Of a stretch of DNA of 64,000 nt, positions 13,201-26,415 are shown piece after piece; position 1 is the first letter of the stretch, and every line of letters begins with the position of its first letter. Location: the NCBI GenBank assembly GCA_002633005.1, contig NMRA01000238.1, forward strand, positions 248,001 to 312,000. Direction: 5' to 3'. A model generated the notes under the pieces. That model saw only the letters and a list, made by a program, of their open reading frames with translations. It ran no database searches and was not told the origin of the DNA. A program made the position numbers and the translations under genes. This DNA comes from Phoronis australis. Lineage: Eukaryota > Animalia > Phoronida.

Positions 13201-16200
13201 TTGCCATCTTCGTTATCGTATACTTCTGTAAACTTCGAGGAGATGAGATTTCTAAAGCAGAGAGAGAACATCGTACAGCAAGCAGCTTATCTGCGTTGTC
13301 GAAGTTAAAGTTGGAGTGCTAATCGTAATGCAAGTTGAATCCAACAAATCACATGCCGAAAGAATTCTCTCTGATTCAATTTTACACAGTGGCAGATCAA
13401 CAAGTTTATCCACGAGGGTTTACTCATCTGGGGCCGTTTAATTTTGTTGATGGCATCTATGATCATGCCTTCTCAGCAGAAAGGTGAACCTTCTGAACAC
13501 CCGGCAGGTTCGCCACTGAACTACCAGTGCTATTCTACACTTGTGCACTTTAAAATTTTGTTTTAGAAACTGCTTGATATTCAGATGAATAAGGAAAAAT
13601 GAAAGTGTATCAAAATACAGAACAGTTACACTTTTTCAAACTTCTGCGACAAAAGCTGATGACGTGTGTCCAACTTGAGACAAACGAGGAGGCGGTAATC
13701 AGTTGAATTTCACTCCACTTTTTCAGTTTACGGGCGAATGTTGAATTCTTTGAAAAACACACTCCTTCACATCACATTCAAATCTATTCTTTCGCCGTCT
13801 AGAATCACCACTTTGTACAGATAGGAAGTATAACCAAATCGGATAACTCCAAATTTATACACGCATGGGCGATAAGAACCAAACTGTATACAATGACCCG
13901 TTTGTGTAGCCTTACAGTACAGGCGCGCACCCAGCCTAAAATATAGGGGGCTCAAATTTCTCGGTACGTGGACCTTATACTGAAAAATATCAACGACGAC
14001 TAAAAAAACGGAGCCAATAGGTTCAGGCCTACGAATTGTTAATCCGCGCGGAATTTCTGTCGACTTAGTGGACTTTTGTCTCGTTTGTTCGGACTTTTTG
14101 TTTCATTGAGGAGGACCTTTTTGCCCAATTCTCCAAATTGAGGGGCTCGTTCGAGACCCCGAGCCCCCCTGGGTGCGCCCATGCAGTAGACATTGGCCTT
14201 CAAACGACATACATTTTGGATGGTGACAAATTAATCTAAGAACGTGATCTCCTTGTCTTTACATTCCTATTTTGTGAACGCGATGTGCCTATCTATAATG
14301 TATACGGGAAAAGAAAACGCTGTTTCTGGGCTGTTTATTGTCGCCAATATTGCAAAACCACAATCTTCGTTTCACGTTCAACCTCTTCCATTTACACGTT
14401 GAGGACAATTACACAGTACACCCAAATATATTTGCTGATCAAAAGTAAAAAATGTAGTGGCAAAAGGCCACTCCCACCCAACACAGTGAAACTCGTCTAA
14501 GAAGGCAATTTGTTGGTAACAACAGAGACGGTCACGAATTTCAGTGAGACCATCTTTGGAGTTATGTAAGTGAAAGACCCTCGTCTTTTTCAAGCCTAGT
14601 CTCCTGCACAGACCCTCGAGGTTGGTTGGGGTCTGCTACAGGGCATTTTTCCATCCGCATTCTTGGAATATCATTGGCTGTTACAATTTCAAGAAACAAG
14701 GCATTCTATTGATCAGTTGTATAATAGGTCAAACTAGTTCACCAACATGGCGACTTCCAGTACAAGAATGTCGATGGATTTTCAGCCGTTTAAATCTCTC
14801 TGTTTTCATCAAACTCCCGCATTTCAAAGCTAACGAGTCAAGGAATACATCACCAGTAACGTATACGAAACATTTTATGATAATTATCTTGTATACTATG
14901 CTGGATTCTGAAGTGATGTGACTTTTTACGAAATAATTTGTGGAAGAAATTAGGCCACCCACAACAACACTCAACACAACAGTCATTTTTAATTTAGGCA
15001 CACTATAGCACCGAATAGTGGGAAAGGAGTAGCTGAGTGCGTCGCGGCCACGGGAGATTGTCTCTATCTTTTCAGAGCACACCCTCTCGTATGTTGACGT
15101 GTTCATGTACGTTATATAAGCTCCCGAGAATACCGTGAAGGTTGAACTGGTGGGTCAGATAAGGATATATGCTGAAATTCTGCTATTATTCATTGTCATT
15201 GCATATAGTAGACTGCCACACTTGTCACTACTAACAGAAGTTAGGAGCATAAAAATGCAGTCAATGATCCTAAACACACAAACATTAAGTAGTCTAGCAA
15301 TAGTTTTATAATGACTGACATTATCGCTTTTGGCGATGCCATTCAGCAATGACTGCCATCATACAGTCGTACGGAGTGTTCAATTATTTCGGAGGGTGTT
15401 TGTTGCTGTGAAATTAGGATTATACCCACTCTTCAGTATAATCAGCAAGATAAAACCTCACCCTTTTGTGAATTGGCACAGTCATTAAAACTGACCCATT
15501 TTGGTTAGAGCCTCAATGGAATAGTCAAATTTTCTGATAACATAATTATGCAAAGTTATTATGTACAGGGAATTAAATTTCAGCAAAAAGCTGGACTGTA
15601 TTCTTTTTAACACAAGAAGCCTCAGTTGTATATGAAACATTCAGTGGTTTAAGTGCAAAAATGGATCATTTTATACAGTTCAAACCTAAAAGTAAATATT
15701 TTTGTGTGGAATTTATTTGGAAATTCGCCCTTTCGTGGCGACTTTTGCAATGCCCGAGTCACTGGTCAGAGGCGCACATTTGGTCATATGCAATCTATGC
15801 AAGTGTCCTCTCTCTCATTGACTGTTTCATTTTTTTGCTCTCCACGTTCACATGATGTCAAGTGTTGCATGTTGCAATAATCATCTATTAATTTCAGTCT
15901 AATTGCAAAACCAGAACCATTCTAAAACATTCAGAAACTACTATATAATGGCTCGCTGTAATGAAAGCATCCTGAAGTTAGACTTTGTAAGCAAGTGAAC
16001 TTTAAAAACCTGGTTCGCTGAAATGACTAGTTGCAAAAACATCTCACATTTCAAAATTGGGAGGTCAGGGTACTTCAAAGATTTTAAGTTGGGTCACTTA
16101 ACCCAAATCGACGGTTTCTTGTGTGTTAGATGGGTTGGATTGTTATCCAGGCAATAGTCACTGGCAATCCGCATTTTGAGAACAAATTTTAACGCCTGCT

Positions 16201-19200
16201 ATTCAGTGAAAAACTGGTTCTTGTTATGCAGTAGAAAACACTGGTTCTCAAAGTGGGGGTCCCCTGTATGTGACTATTACCATTATGCTTTGCTCAGTGT
16301 TTTGAGCAACATGCTAGTGTTTCATTCTTGTGGTCATGATCTACATAATACAGCAGTGATTTTAGTCAACATTTTGGTCTTTTCGAAAAGTTTTTCAAAA
16401 TTACAAATTTGACTCTTATTGAGGGGGCCTCCTCGTGGCAAGAGTTGGGCAGTGTGAGATGCTTGAGAACATTCGCACTGGCAAACACCCTCACGTTGAC
16501 TCAAAATTAAAAACCGTCATCATTAATGTGTTCCTAGAAATATTACACTCATAAGCTACAATACACACAACATGCTAAGAAATTTGTCTAACATTGGGAA
16601 CTTTATTTTTCTGATGTGTTGATTAGAAATATGGTCTAGTTTAAGGATAGACTGAAGTACTAGGTCTGGGAATTAACATAGCCATAGAACACACAACATC
16701 CCTGATAGAAACTCATTTCAGTTTTGTGCTTGCCTAGCTCCGCTGTCCCTGTCCCCTGTTCATGCAGTGCCTCCAGGTTGCCTCTCATTACAGTCATAAT
16801 CATTGGTCGCCAACAATTTCAAGTTTGGCAACCTCTGTTGAATAATTCTGACTACACCAGTGGTGCTGGAGGAATAGGTTATTAAAGACCCGACTTCCAC
16901 TCAAGTTGCACATTCACTGCCTTCTGAAAGCATAGACTATTATGAAAGTAACACCTGGGTCCAGGGTTTCAACTTTTTACTCAAGATTTTTTGTTATTTT
17001 CTATTATACTTTTGTTTGAACTCGAGATAAGTTTCTTTTATTTTACATTTGAATGCTTATTGATGGCAATTAATGATCCCAGTATTAGAGCTAAAACTTC
17101 GAGTCTGAGTTCAAGGTTTTACTAGAAATCTTAAGTTTTTACTCAAATTTTAGCTTGAAGCTAGTGGTCATTAAGTACTATCTTGATCTCGCAAGAAAGT
17201 GGACTGGAAGTGACAAAAACAATTTGGACTTCAATTTGGATTGAAAGCTTCACTCAAGAGGTGTATTCTCAAATATGATCACATAATCCCTTTTCAGGGT
17301 TTTCAATCAATCCATACAAGACTGGGCTAGAATCTGTTTAGCTCAAAAAGCATTAAAATACATGGTGGAGAATAAGAAAACATCTGTAATAAACTGTATT
17401 GAAAAAATGAACCCTTTTTAAGTTCCTTACACATAAAGTGTACCATTTTTCAAGCTGCTATTAATCCAACCTCTTTTTAGAACCATCATGTAACAATATA
17501 AGATTGGTCTCAAACTAACAATGTTGTTTTTGGCCAAAATAGTAGCGAGTAAATCTAATCGCATGAAGATTGGCATGTCCAGCAGTTGGATTTGGATACT
17601 AGTGTCCGGTGTCAATCTTCACGTGTGTGCTGGTTAGACTCTTGAACTCGCACTGTTCCTTACTGAGATTACATGTGGCATATTGGCTTACCTTGAACTC
17701 ATAGTTTGTTATTGCTTAAGACCTGGTACAATAACCATGGCTTTGAGCACTAACAAAGTTTAATTTCTTCCAAGTCCACTAAGGAACAAGTTGAGACAGG
17801 GATCTATACAGGGCTTGGAATTTTCCTCTTTTAAGAGGATTTCCTATTTTTTGTTTTTATTTCCTCTTGTTTGATTTCCAGCTTCTTTTTATCATTATTT
17901 TGACTTGATTCATGCAAAAAACATTTATTTCAGTTAAATTTTACAACGCAAAAATATTTCTATCTCACAGGCATATTTGTGAAACGATAGATCGCCTGGA
18001 AAATTTTCTTCTTTTAGTCATTCCAATTCCTGTATATATGTGGTAAGTTGTTCAGATCAAAATTTATTCTTTTTCACACAAGACGCATTCAAAGCAACTT
18101 TAAGGAATTTAATTCGAATGAAATCTGGAAGGCAGAAGACACCATCTGATAAGTGCATTCTGAAATCAACAATTGCGCTTGTACTTTCCATGATGTTCAA
18201 CCCACATCGTTAGGTAGAGATAGGCAGGGATAGAGTTCATATCACCATCCTTGGGCTTTCAGAGTACCCTCCTAAAACCATTCCAGGAGATACTCCCATA
18301 GGTTTATACCGGACATGACACCTACCTGGGTGATTTTTCTCGAACAATTTCTCTTCAAAATGGTGCTTGAAAAAATCCCTACCAAAGCAAACTTTTTCCC
18401 ATAAATACAACGGGTTTCACTCTGGAAGTTAAAAACACTGCAAATGGTACCTTTTGCCTACTGCAGAAGGCCTGAGAAGGGGTTTTAATATCATGATACC
18501 TCTATTTTTAAAACTTTGCCCCAGACTCATTTTTGACAACAGGAATCTCTGATCCAACTTCTTCAAGTTTCATGGGTGAAAAAGACAAGTGTTCAAGAAT
18601 TTCTATGAAAGGATTCAGTTGTTAGCATTAACCCTTATGAAAAGATTGTGCATTTGGAACTTTAGGCTACATTATTATTGAACTAAAAACCTCGGACAAC
18701 AAATATAATGTTTTAGTCACTGTCTAAATGGGTGGAGATTCTTCTAGTACCAGATTATGCATAAAACTAAAGATTAGGGCCCATTTGGGACACCTCTTGG
18801 GTATTTTCATAGCTACAAATTTACCTTCGGAACATCTAGAGCACGTCGGCTATTTTCCTATTTAAAAATTTTTCTTCGAAACACTTCGGGCAACGAAAAC
18901 ATTTTCATAGCCTAAAATATCCCCTCGAAGATGAACGTTATCCAAAATATGGCAAGTCACGTGATTTTCAGTCTTGAGAATAATAGGCTAAATGAAGTCC
19001 GCATACATGCAGGAAGCGTTCACCTATTAGGTGAAATTTGAGGTTACGAAAACACCCGAGGTGTTCTGGATGCCCTTGGAAGTCATTGTTTTCAGTGCAT
19101 GATCGAACTTTTGGTCATTATGGCCAATCATTCTCCACTAAGTTTGAAAGTCACGCAGGTTAAATTCACCTTAAAGGAGAAATTTAATGCTCTGAATATA

Positions 19201-22200
19201 CCCAAGATGATCTGATGGCTTAGGACCCTCAAGTTGTGCGGGGTCCCACCTCAAAGAGGGAAATGGGAAGAAAAAATTATGGCAACATGGGGAGGGGTGT
19301 AGCTCCAGAATTGTGGCTACCTCAAGGGTCGAAAATTGTCAGGTGTGTGTCTACTGTAACACTGTACAGTGACGGATTAAGGGGGGGGGCAGCAAGGGGG
19401 CCATGGCCCTGCCTAAAATTCTCCCAGATTCCATTTGGCAGTTTGGGGGTGTGAATGTTTGACAGTCAAAATACTCTGCCCTTGCCGCTGCTCTCTCCCC
19501 CGAACTCAAAATCCTGGATCCGCCCCTGCAAGAGACGTTTTCAATTCATATAAAGCGTTCAAATACTGAAACTGAAAAAGCCAAGTGAAAAGAGTGAAGC
19601 CATTGTTAATTCAGATTTATTTTCATAATAAGGAATCGATAATTTCAGCTCAGTTTGTTGATAACATAACAATATAAACAGCTACCTCACCAGAGAGTTC
19701 GACCGCAAACGCAACCCAAAAATAACTTACTCTCGCGACACCTAGCGATCTGATAACGTAAGACCGGATGTCAGCATGCGCAGAGCAAACTTCCTGGTTA
19801 AAAATTGCCAGCTGACAGCCAATGAAAACCATCGTTCTAGTGCCCTGTACCTGAGCCTTCACAAGCAATCCGTGACGTCAGCTTGTGAGGCCCGGGAACC
19901 AGGTTATTTCAAGTCCAGCATCTCTCACTTTTCTAGAAAGCCATACGTGTTGAGAGCATGAGGTGCCCCGGTATCTCCAATTGTCGTCAACGTGTTCATG
20001 TGAGAGTCTGAACAGTGAGTGCAATTTAACTGTCCGAAATCCAACATCTTTACCTCGCTTAGACTGTAGAGATAGGCACATTAAAATCACAGAGGAGAAG
20101 ATAATATCTCGTCTCTAGATTGCAGAATCAACTGTACTCTAACCATAAGCTGCACTTTAGGACCACTTTCAGCTTGACGCTTGAAAAAACGACAGGTGTT
20201 CGACGGAACAACGCTTTCAATTTTGAAGTACGCAAAGAAAATTCTAATTTTTCTTATCATATTTCGCCACTGGACGAGAGATAATCTCCATAGAAGAAGC
20301 TCAAAAAGTTGAAAAAAACTATTGATTTGTGCTGAAATTGATTTTAGTTGTAGACCACAGGCTTTCCTCTTCCAAATTTATGGTCATTAATTACGAATTT
20401 TTGTCTGCCCGAGATGCAGTCTTGCAAAACGATGTTTGCTGCCATAAAATGACGCACTGAATAATTTATCTACGCAAGTGAAATGCGTTAACGATGGAAA
20501 CTAACATAATTCGTAAACATGACGAGGCCAGCAGCAACAGATGTGCTGCCAAGATCTAACCAACGCAGTCATATACTGAAGAACACTTGCAGTTTAATTA
20601 AGAGATACCAAAACACAGACGTTATAAAATATATACATTTTGGTATGCTTTCGGGAGGAGGGAATAGGGTTGGAAGAAGCGTGTAGGTTTTTGACGCTCG
20701 ATAATTGTGAACTGTGACAACGATAAAGCACCCAATTTTCTTCTTAATGGCCAGATTAATCTTTCATTCTTCTTGTACCAAATTATATGGGTTGAATTCG
20801 TAAGAAATTATTGTAAAATGTGTAAGGATGATGATGTAAACTTACTTGTTTAATTCAATGTCAACAATAAAGTCGTCCCCGAACACTGGTATGACAAAAC
20901 TAACGCGATCTGCGTGGATATGACCTCTGTCGTAAGTTGACAAGTCACGGCGTCGTCTGTTGCCGTCCAGCTTGTATGGTGCCACAATGTCATGCTTATG
21001 AACGAAGTCGTAATTAAATGATTCTGAAAATTGAGAAATGACATTGATTATTAAAACGTAAAGGGTCGTTAATAGCAGACGCAAAATGTATCTTTGTTTA
21101 AATCGGCGACCCGGGGTACAGTCATCTTCTTTACGGTCAGCCCTGAAGCCATAAATCTCTAAAACAAGGGCGAAAGTACCAGCCCAACATGAAAAATTGA
21201 GACTCGCGTTTATATCAAACGCTGGAATTGTGCCCAATTGTGTACCTATTGAAAGAGCCTTAAAACCCGACCCATATTTATACCTCATCTAGAAAAGTCT
21301 ACCCATATTATATTTTAATATTTAAAAAACTTAAAGCGAACTTTTAAGATCACGTCGGTATCCATGCCGTGTAGAGTATTATCAAAACAAAACCAGCAAA
21401 ATTGTAAAGTTCTATCTCATTCATGTTTTATGTATTTCTCAATATCAACTACTCGGAACATTTGAATGTTATTTTAAATCCAATCGGAAGGTCCGTCAGT
21501 TGGCTGCGTTAATCAATCAAAAGTCACGTTAAACGGTCCATTACCTTACAGTCTTTCACAATGCTACGAAAGGTAGCACTGTTGATTGTTGTTTAACATG
21601 GCTTCTCATTGGTTAAAGTAGTGAAACCGACGTCATTACATTCAGTCATACTGGGAAACTCCTTACAGTTTACTGTTACCACCTGTGACTTGAATAGTTG
21701 CAATTTATTAAAAGGTACTGATCGAAGTACATAAAATCAAGGAAACCTCGGTCTAAAGGCTTAAAGATGGTATGTTTCATTAAACTGTGAATATGCAAAC
21801 GAAGTATTAGTTTACAAACAACCCCGGGTCTTCCGGTGTGTCGAAAACCATCCGAGAACCAGTTATAATTACAATCTCACAAAGTCTCGTTTTCCAAGAC
21901 TATTTTTCTGTAAATGAGTATGGTAATAAGTCATCGTTACCCTAATAAAACAAGGCACAGTTTTTATTATATGTTCACTTCATTATCAAATAATGATTGC
22001 GTAATATTTGGAATTACTACAGTTTTGTATATGTTCACACTTGTTTTTAAATGTATCCGTTGTGTTGTCTTGTCTTCTATAAGCTGTATTTTGTGATTCT
22101 TTCTGGAAATTTCGTCACAGGAGAAAGTGAATTAGTTTGTGCTAGACGTTGCGAGATGGTACTTTCGTCAGGTATTACGTAAAAGACACTTTGACGGGAT

Positions 22201-25200
22201 TTCGCGTTCCATGTCTCTTTAAAGTCTAACGAACAACTTGTAAACTAGGCTATTTTGGGCAGATGTTTTACTATCTAGGTTGTAACTCAAGTTGTCCCAC
22301 AAGGTTGTAAAAGCATATTTCACAGCCAACTGATTTAGAAACACTGGTTGAGCAATAAAGAACCAGTTGTTAGAATCTAATTAGAAAAAATTTGCATGGT
22401 GGCCCAAATCTGACATTAGAAAAAGCATTACGAAAAAAAAAACTTTTCTCCGCGGAGAAAACCTTTCGGACACTTTTCTCTGCCGAGAAAAATTTTCTCC
22501 GCGGCAGAAAGGTTTTCTCAGCAGAGAAAAGTTTTGGTCCAGCGTAGATTCGAGACTAATGTTGCAAATGCAATAGCAGCAGCGCATCACTAACAACTGC
22601 TGCAGCAGTAGTAAGAAACATTCATACAAGACAAAACCTATTCAGTATAAGAATACTGTTCATCCATGGGGTCCCTATAAGACAGAACATTTTGGAAATC
22701 TGACTAATGAAATGGTGTAAGAAAAGCAAAGCTAAAACGCAATTAAACGTTACACAAGTGCCTGGATTTAATGATACAATGCACTCACTCAGATGGTTAC
22801 CTGAATCGAGTTAGTTCCATGAAACAGGACTAGAGTAGACGAATTGATTAATCAAAACCTGTCCTGGTATGGGGGATAGTCTACTCTAGTCGTGGAATAT
22901 CTGTAATTGTGAACCTGATTTAATACATTGTTGGATTTTGTCACAAAAATATTTAGATGTCATGCCAAAAGTGGGGACATTTGTACACAGCTAAACACCC
23001 ATGATAATCTCTACGCACATCTAGTATGATCCAACCCACAGTGGGATGCATACAGGCAATACTGGTTTACCTATTTGCTTGCAGAATAGATTGTATCTTC
23101 CTATTCTACAATCTCTGTAATGAGTCTAATATTACAAGAGGCTTACACAACATCACAATATTCCATTAAACATTCCAAAGCAAATCTATGATGGCTTTGC
23201 ACAACAGATTCAGAGTATTAAGATCTAAGAGCTTTCTTAATCTTTTAAGAAGTATTATCTTTGAAAAATGTTACTTAGCAAATGTAATGTGCATGATTGT
23301 CTTACGTAATGTTTCAATTAAGAATAACGCCTTCGGGTTTCATTTTACTGAAAAACTCCAGAAAAGAGTTTTTGACTCACAAATCAAGGATGCTATACAC
23401 TTGGATTGCTTAGTTTTTTGACATTTAAAGTCAACCTTTTATCCTTTAATCCCTGAGAAACATGGGACAATTTGGAATTAGGAGCATTCTATAATTCCAA
23501 CGTTGTACCATAAACATAATACAGAGCAGTGTCGTCGACATAAATAACCATTTGCAGTTGTCAACAAAGCTAATCAAATCACTAATATAAATGCTAAAAA
23601 GGCGGGGGTCTAGAACAGACTTTGAGGAACCTCACAGTTGACAGTCAAGAAATGTGAGCAGCAGTTATTGATATGTATAGAATGAATTCTGTCTGCGAGA
23701 TATGACATGAACCACTTCGGTTCCAAACCAGCAGAAGTCATAGCCACCTTGCTCAGAGACAGCCATGACGGACCGTGTCAAAGGTCTTTTTCAGGTCTAA
23801 AATACGGCACCAACAAGGCGTCTTTTGACAAAGTTGGACAACAAGTAATCTTTGAAGCCAATCATAGATGTGGCTGAGTAATGCCCAAATCTAAAACTGA
23901 CTAGAAGTAATATTAGTGAAGGTGAACCATTGGTTCAAAAATCTTCATGACTATTGATAAAGCCAAACAATAATTGGTTCGGGTCTCCTTTTTGTTGAAA
24001 ATCGAGCAGGTGGCATGGTATTTTTTAGCTGCTCCGTTATTCAAGAAGGGAAATTTATCTTAGACGAGCTTGGCAAATCATGGCGTTTCATACGTTGTAC
24101 CTTCCTTCGTGCATCTTTGCAAAAAGTACACGGAATTGAAATTGATGCGGGGAAGTTTTTAGTCGGTGGGCGTAGGTCTAAAAAGGAGTTGGGGAACCAA
24201 CTATGTTTAACAGCCTATAGTTACAGCAGCTATTTCGTTCATCATGTTTAAAAGTTGAAGAAACTTTTATCTTTTTCCAATCTGCTGCTATTTATGCACT
24301 CATGCAATGATTGCCTCTGTAGACTTGATCGTGCTTACCTCAGATTGGAGTAAATAAAACTGTTACCGTGTAAATTTCTTTATGATGTGGTGCGACGTCT
24401 TTCGAACTATGCTTATTACCATACAGTGTGTATTCTCAACATGGAAAAGACTGGTATCGACGAATTCGAGTGTTGATTATGCAAGTGATTAAAGAAGACC
24501 ATGCTGCTTCGTGAAGAACACGTTTTCATGCGCTTCATATCCACGTTGATTCAATAGTTTAGAGGCGAGCTTTCTCAAATTTGTGTTTATATATAAATAG
24601 ATATTACAGTACAATTGGGTGGTTCTTCGACATAAAGGTTACAGACCCATTTCGTTGTCCCACGTTCCCGCTGATCCTAATGAGCGCAACACAGAGATGT
24701 GTTTAGTTGAACAAAATAATTGTACAAGTTAAAAATATGATTCTACCGCAGTATTCAATTTTACCAGACAACGAATGCAGCTGACGTTTTAAAATCCACT
24801 TAAACGAAAACACTTTAATTATTAGTCACTAACTTCGTATTTATTCAGTTGTATTTCTTTATGATCGCTATATCGATTGCCACTGGAAAATGCAACCAGA
24901 AGTATATTTTAAGAGAGACCTGTTTACTCATCGTTTTACATTCGCATGATAATTTTAAATGAAAAATAATAAATTTGTCAATAATGACCTTTCTTAATTT
25001 TTAAATAACCATCACCCCTTTACAATTCTGAATAGTTCCAAAACAGCAATGTTTAAGTTTAAAAATTTATTAAACGCTATCAAAATTACACATTGACTCG
25101 TTCAACTTGATAAACCTGTCGTTGTAGCCACTTGGTGGCGCTATTTCTCATAGGTTACACATGTTGCAATGCAGGCTGCCGTAAAGTTTTTCTTTTCCTA

Positions 25201-25870
25201 TCTGAACATTTTTTCTTTACAGCAATGTCTATGATAGCGTGCGACTGCGACTCCTTTCAAGAAGTTCAAGCGTTGTGTATTTTATACCGATTTGTTCAAA
25301 CAGAAACTAATGACAAAAGGTTAGCGTTGTCAACACACACGTGCAGCGCTATAAACAGGTTTTATTAACAATTAAGTTTATTGATTACAAACGTACTATC
25401 AAAACTAATCTAGCTGATGAATTGTTCGAAAACAATACAGCAATAGAATATGGAACAATTTAATTAGTCAGCCGGGTCAAAAAACTCATATACGTACAAA
25501 ATAAACTTCACTTTGGAAATGAGAGCCATCGTGTTGACTGAAAAAAAAATTGCGTAAGAATGGTTGCACCAAATGTAAGACAATTCCCAGACATTTGTCG
25601 CTAGTGACTGCATAGATTTTTCATACCGATTTGATGCAACACTTTGCACAACGGGAACTGCAAATATCTGTCTGACCTCTTGAGATTCTACATGACTGAA
25701 GTCTTAAAATCAAAAGATGAAACTGACCTTTGATGACGAATGTGTTGCAAATATAAGACTTGCTCACATCAACACAACTACTTACCCCTTGTTTGGTGAT
25801 ATACTTTACTCTCTGTGTCCACTGCAATTGCCAATAAAGCCCATATGACTGTGAGGGGCCAACAACTCAT
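1074..25870 (-). CDS. ADAM family zinc metalloprotease-disintegrin (reprolysin/M12B; ADAM8/9/12/19/28/33-like architecture); 12 coding exons in window, 3' part lies beyond the window start
   Basis: Hand-spliced exons 25786-25870, 20846-21023, 13185-13251, 12895-12980, 11253-11389, 9487-9566, 8578-8658, 6948-7016, 5227-5399, 3502-3583, 3179-3312, 1074-1233. All have GT-AG boundaries and matching phases, total 1332 nt = 444 codons with no stop. Motifs: [59 protein letters not shown]. Confidence 0.96.
1308..1559. mobile_element. Non-autonomous DNA transposon (MITE), family A copy 1, 5-bp TSD CATCT
   Basis: Ends CATGCGCGCACCC / GGGTGCACACATG; CATCT at 1303-1307 and 1560-1564; homologous to 13920-14183. 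Confidence 0.8.
3179..3312 (-). CDS. ADAM coding exon 11: catalytic zinc-binding exon ([45 protein letters not shown])
   Basis: Intact HExxHxxGxxHD motif and CIM Met-turn; ctacag acceptor, gtaag donor; absent from the ORF track. Confidence 0.97.
3502..3583 (-). CDS. ADAM coding exon 10 ([27 protein letters not shown])
   Basis: tttcag/gtaag boundaries; matches the reprolysin G..vG.A....mC...S.G motif. Confidence 0.93.
3700..4850. repeat. Degenerate repetitive block with roughly 380-bp period, probably the interior of a non-autonomous element
   Basis: Recurring motif resembling ACAGAGGAAAACGTAAAAA near 4003, 4392 and 4768; recurring AACGTCAG and AAAACATCT. Boundaries approximate. Confidence 0.5.
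5227..5399 (-). CDS. ADAM coding exon 9 ([23 protein letters not shown]...NYDVAQLVT)
   Basis: tttcag/gtgag boundaries; reprolysin Y..LNIRV.L.G.E.W and D.AQL.T motifs. Confidence 0.95.
6456..6601. mobile_element. Short MITE-like repeat, family C (related copies near 18777-19075 and 49470-49560)
   Basis: Imperfect inverted ends TCCTATCCAGAACACCTC / GAGGTGTTCCAAATAGGA; similar sequence recurs elsewhere in the window. Confidence 0.55.
6948..7016 (-). CDS. ADAM coding exon 8 ([23 protein letters not shown])
   Basis: tttcag/gtaaa boundaries, phase 0/0; fits the R..ev.N.vD helix of reprolysins. Confidence 0.88.
7158..8376 (+). mobile_element. Putative Helentron-associated (HINE/DINE-1-like) non-autonomous element with internal degenerate repeats
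   Basis: Perfect 12-bp subterminal inverted repeat TATGCGCCTACA (7180-7191) / TGTAGGCGCATA (8360-8371); five or more degenerate internal units; AAATTTCATCAAGATC occurs twice. The family call is inference. Confidence 0.55.
8578..8658 (-). CDS. ADAM coding exon 7: furin-type boundary and start of catalytic domain ([27 protein letters not shown])
   Basis: ttttag/gtatg boundaries; RYIEL.IV.D motif; with the previous exon it forms RKIR|SS. Confidence 0.93.
9487..9566 (-). CDS. ADAM coding exon 6 ([27 protein letters not shown])
   Basis: cacag/gtaac boundaries; phase 1 to 0 bridges exons 5 and 7. Confidence 0.82.
10950..11192 (+). mobile_element. tRNA-derived SINE, copy 1
   Basis: A-box-like TGGCCTAGTGTG and B-box GTTCGAGTCC; 13-bp TSD AACCATCCATTGT (10937-10949, 11193-11205); homologous to 31437-31644. 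Confidence 0.85.
11253..11389 (-). CDS. ADAM coding exon 5: prodomain with cysteine switch ([14 protein letters not shown]...HVVYK...RTCG)
   Basis: cccag/gtatg boundaries; H.vYk and TCG motifs. Confidence 0.93.
12895..12980 (-). CDS. ADAM coding exon 4 ([28 protein letters not shown])
   Basis: aacag/gtaag boundaries; canonical Pep_M12B prodomain motif. Confidence 0.95.
13185..13251 (-). CDS. ADAM coding exon 3 ([22 protein letters not shown])
   Basis: ctttag/gtaaa boundaries; L....F.E.Y...dG prodomain pattern; phases match both neighbours. Confidence 0.9.
13920..14183. mobile_element. MITE family A copy 2, 5-bp TSD CAGTA
   Basis: Ends CAGGCGCGCACCCAG / CTGGGTGCGCCCATG; CAGTA at 13915-13919 and 14184-14188. 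Confidence 0.82.
18777..19075. mobile_element. MITE-like repeat, family C
   Basis: Imperfect inverted ends GGGCCCATTTGGGACACCTC / GAGGTGTTCTGGATGCCC; similar to 6456-6601. Confidence 0.5.
19367..19528. mobile_element. MITE family B copy 1 (CAGTGACGGAT...ATCCGCCCCTG)
   Basis: Imperfect TIRs; internal AAGGGGGCCATG and AATTCTCCCAGAT..ATTTGGCAGTT shared with 26416-26641. Confidence 0.7.
20846..21023 (-). CDS. ADAM coding exon 2: prodomain start ([28 protein letters not shown]...[13 protein letters not shown])
   Basis: ttttcag/gtaag boundaries; iv.P, polybasic RRRR and fG..f...l..N prodomain pattern. Confidence 0.92.
23250..23990 (-). mobile_element. Decayed non-LTR retrotransposon (CR1/L2-like) reverse transcriptase fragment
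   Basis: Minus-strand translation gives [37 protein letters not shown] and IYVDDTALY, with frameshifts and stops. Boundaries approximate. Confidence 0.85.
25786..25870 (-). CDS. ADAM coding exon 1: signal peptide ([28 protein letters not shown])
   Basis: Hydrophobic N-terminus; phase-1 G|gtaagt donor matches the phase-1 acceptor at 21023; ATG directly preceded by a cttttcacag acceptor. Confidence 0.8.
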
Positions 25871-26415
25871 CTGTGAAAAGTACATTAAGAAAATAATAAA
25901 ACATAATGGTGCACATGCTGCTTTTGTTCCCGATTTCCAAGGAATATTTCTTAGTGATTTCTGCCCATATGTTATTAAAAATGAAATTACAAAATGATTT
26001 ATAGTCGGCTTGTACACAGTTTCGGAAAGGCTTAAGTTGAAGTGATTGTTTATGAGGAGGCCTCTCAGAGGATGTAAGACATAATGTTTAGTAAATGTGT
26101 GTAGCTGTATGATCCATTGAAAATGATCTGTCATCTTAAAGGGGTATTTCCGGCCCACGTGTTTTGGTGGGTCAGCTGCAGATCAATATCCAAATGAATC
26201 TCCTCGATAAAAATAACTCTATACCAATCTGCAAGACAACTAAAACTGGATTACTCCTCGGCCACTGCTGGTAATTTTCAGTCAAAATTTGCGTCCTTCG
26301 TTACCTGCTGTTCATTACACATACCACGCAACTCACCGTTGTTAGGTTGTGCTCAGTTTAGGTCAGCACGGTATTGGGTTTCCGCTTAATGACTGTTAGT
26401 TCCCTATTTATGATG

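Noticed and set aside
14622-15106. Overlapping 99-aa and 125-aa ORFs inside an ADAM intron
   Set aside because: No recognisable motif or splice context; probably repeat-derived or chance.
25410-25445. CTGATGA...GAAA hammerhead-like string; other CTGANGA hits (13657, 27142, 51361, 59165) were also inspected
   Set aside because: None has a compatible stem I/II/III arrangement with a cleavage triplet.
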